Source: Octopus sinensis (Eukaryota). From it: 64,000 bases of DNA. The position numbers and the translations under genes were made by a program. Position 1 is the first letter of the stretch, and every line of letters begins with the position of its first letter. Shown piece after piece: positions 62,706 to 64,000 of this stretch. Under the pieces are notes generated by a model that did no database searches, had not been told where the DNA came from, and worked only from the letters and a program-made list of their open reading frames with translations. Location of the stretch: assembly GCF_006345805.1 (NCBI RefSeq), contig NW_021836131.1, positions 1 through 64,000 of the forward strand, given 5' to 3'.

Positions 62706-64000
62706 CAGTGGGCGCAAAAAAAATCCGGTTTTCTTATTTTTCGAATTTTTCAATATAAATTTTATATTATTTTTTTTTAATTTAGTATCATTTTGAAATG
62801 TAAATCGAGTATGTTTTTAATTTTAAGTATTTTTTTATTTTTTCATAGAGATATCTTGAATTTAATTTTAAAATGCGCAAAAAAAACTCGGTTTTTTTAA
62901 TTATTGAGTCTTTTATTCTCAAAAATTTGAAATTGTTGTCATTTTTGTTGTTGTTGGATGTCGTGTATTCAGAAATTGTGAAAGGACAAATTATTCAACT
63001 TTATTTCCTTAATTGGACATATAAACAAATTTCAGAAGAAGTAGAAATTCCCAGATCAACAGTGGGAGATTACATACGTAAATACAAAAAATATGGAACA
63101 AACAGAGACTGTCCGGTTCTGGAAGACCTAGGACATTAAATAATGATGATATAAATACTTTATTGACGCTTGTTTCTGACAATCCGAAAAAATCTTCCCG
63201 TTGCCTGTCAAAGGATCTTCATTCTTTGACAGGAAAAATCGTCTCAAAACGAACAATTGGGAATTATCTGAAACAAAAGGAATATATTCACGTGTGTGTC
63301 AAAAAAAACCGTATCTGTCTAAAATTAATATCGAAAAACGATATTCCTTGTCAAAAAAATTTATCGCACTGAATATGACGTCATGGAAATCAACTATTTT
63401 TAGTGATGAATGCTGTTTCGAAATTTTTAATCACAAAAAAAAGGAATTTTGTTATAGGAAAAACAACACACGTCTAGAAAAATCGCACTTATCTCCAACT
63501 GTTAAATTTGGAGGGGGAAAATAATGGTGTGGGGATGTTTCGGGTATTATGGAGTAGGCAATCTAGTATTTATAAATGGAACTATGAACTCAGCAACTTA
63601 TGTGAACATATTATCAAATAATCTGTGGGAGTCCGCTGCGAAAATGTGCTTGAATGAATTCATATTCCAACAAGACATGGCTCCTCCACACACATCAAAG
63701 ATCACGAAAGATTTCTTTGCCGAAAGAAGCGTCAAACTATTGGATTGGGCACCGCAATCGCCAGATTTAAATCCAATAGAACATCTTTGGGCATATATTA
63801 AAAGTAAATTGTACGAAAATCCTCCAAAAAATATGCATGAGCTGAAAGATAAAATTATCGAAATTTGGGAAAATATGCCGAAAGATCTAATACAGAAACT
63901 CATAAACAGCATGCCGAGAAGGGTGTACGATGTTTTATGGCTAAAGGACGGCATATTAAATATTAATTTGACATTTTTTAAAAAACCGGGTTTTTTTTGC
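62706..64000 (+). mobile_element. Tc1 element (inner, nested), near-intact DD34E transposase; right TIR cut by the window end
   Basis: TA + CAGTGGGCGCAAAAAAAATCCGG; IFSDEC, VKFGGGKIMVWGCF, FQQDMAPPH, WAPQSPDLNPIEHLW. Confidence 0.92.

Overview
AT-rich eukaryotic (animal) DNA with compact host genes split by very short GT-AG introns (about 20-34 nt in every gene I parsed). The intergenic space is packed with transposon remnants. Host genes recognised: CACYBP, DHCR7, importin-alpha, a YPWM-bearing Hox/ParaHox-type homeobox gene, a divergent dynein light chain, an NPC2/ML-domain gene, AATF, a LIMK/TESK-type kinase, POLD1, NME5 and POLD3, plus tRNA-Lys(CTT), tRNA-Gly(CCC) and a tRNA-Gly pseudogene. 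About 4.33-23.03 kb is a direct tandem duplication of a ~9.35 kb unit. Mobile DNA includes R4/Dong-like and CRE-like REL non-LTR retroelements, APE-type LINEs, hAT, Tigger/pogo, Tc1, a Helitron, a Ginger-like integrase and Merlin. Tiny introns, a Hox-type gene and the ciliary gene NME5 suggest a reduced animal parasite such as a dicyemid/orthonectid, or possibly a myxozoan; this is inference only. Single-base homopolymer deletions in conserved genes indicate long-read assembly errors, so frameshifts are not treated as biology. Most interesting: a Merlin transposase with host-style tiny introns that splices to a clean ORF, a solitary divergent duplicated Hox-type gene, a POLD1-NME5-POLD3 microcluster, a Helitron inside a kinase exon with a possible in-frame splice rescue, and a tRNA-Lys sandwiched between retroelement ends. 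All identifications come from motif recall and manual translation; no searches were run.
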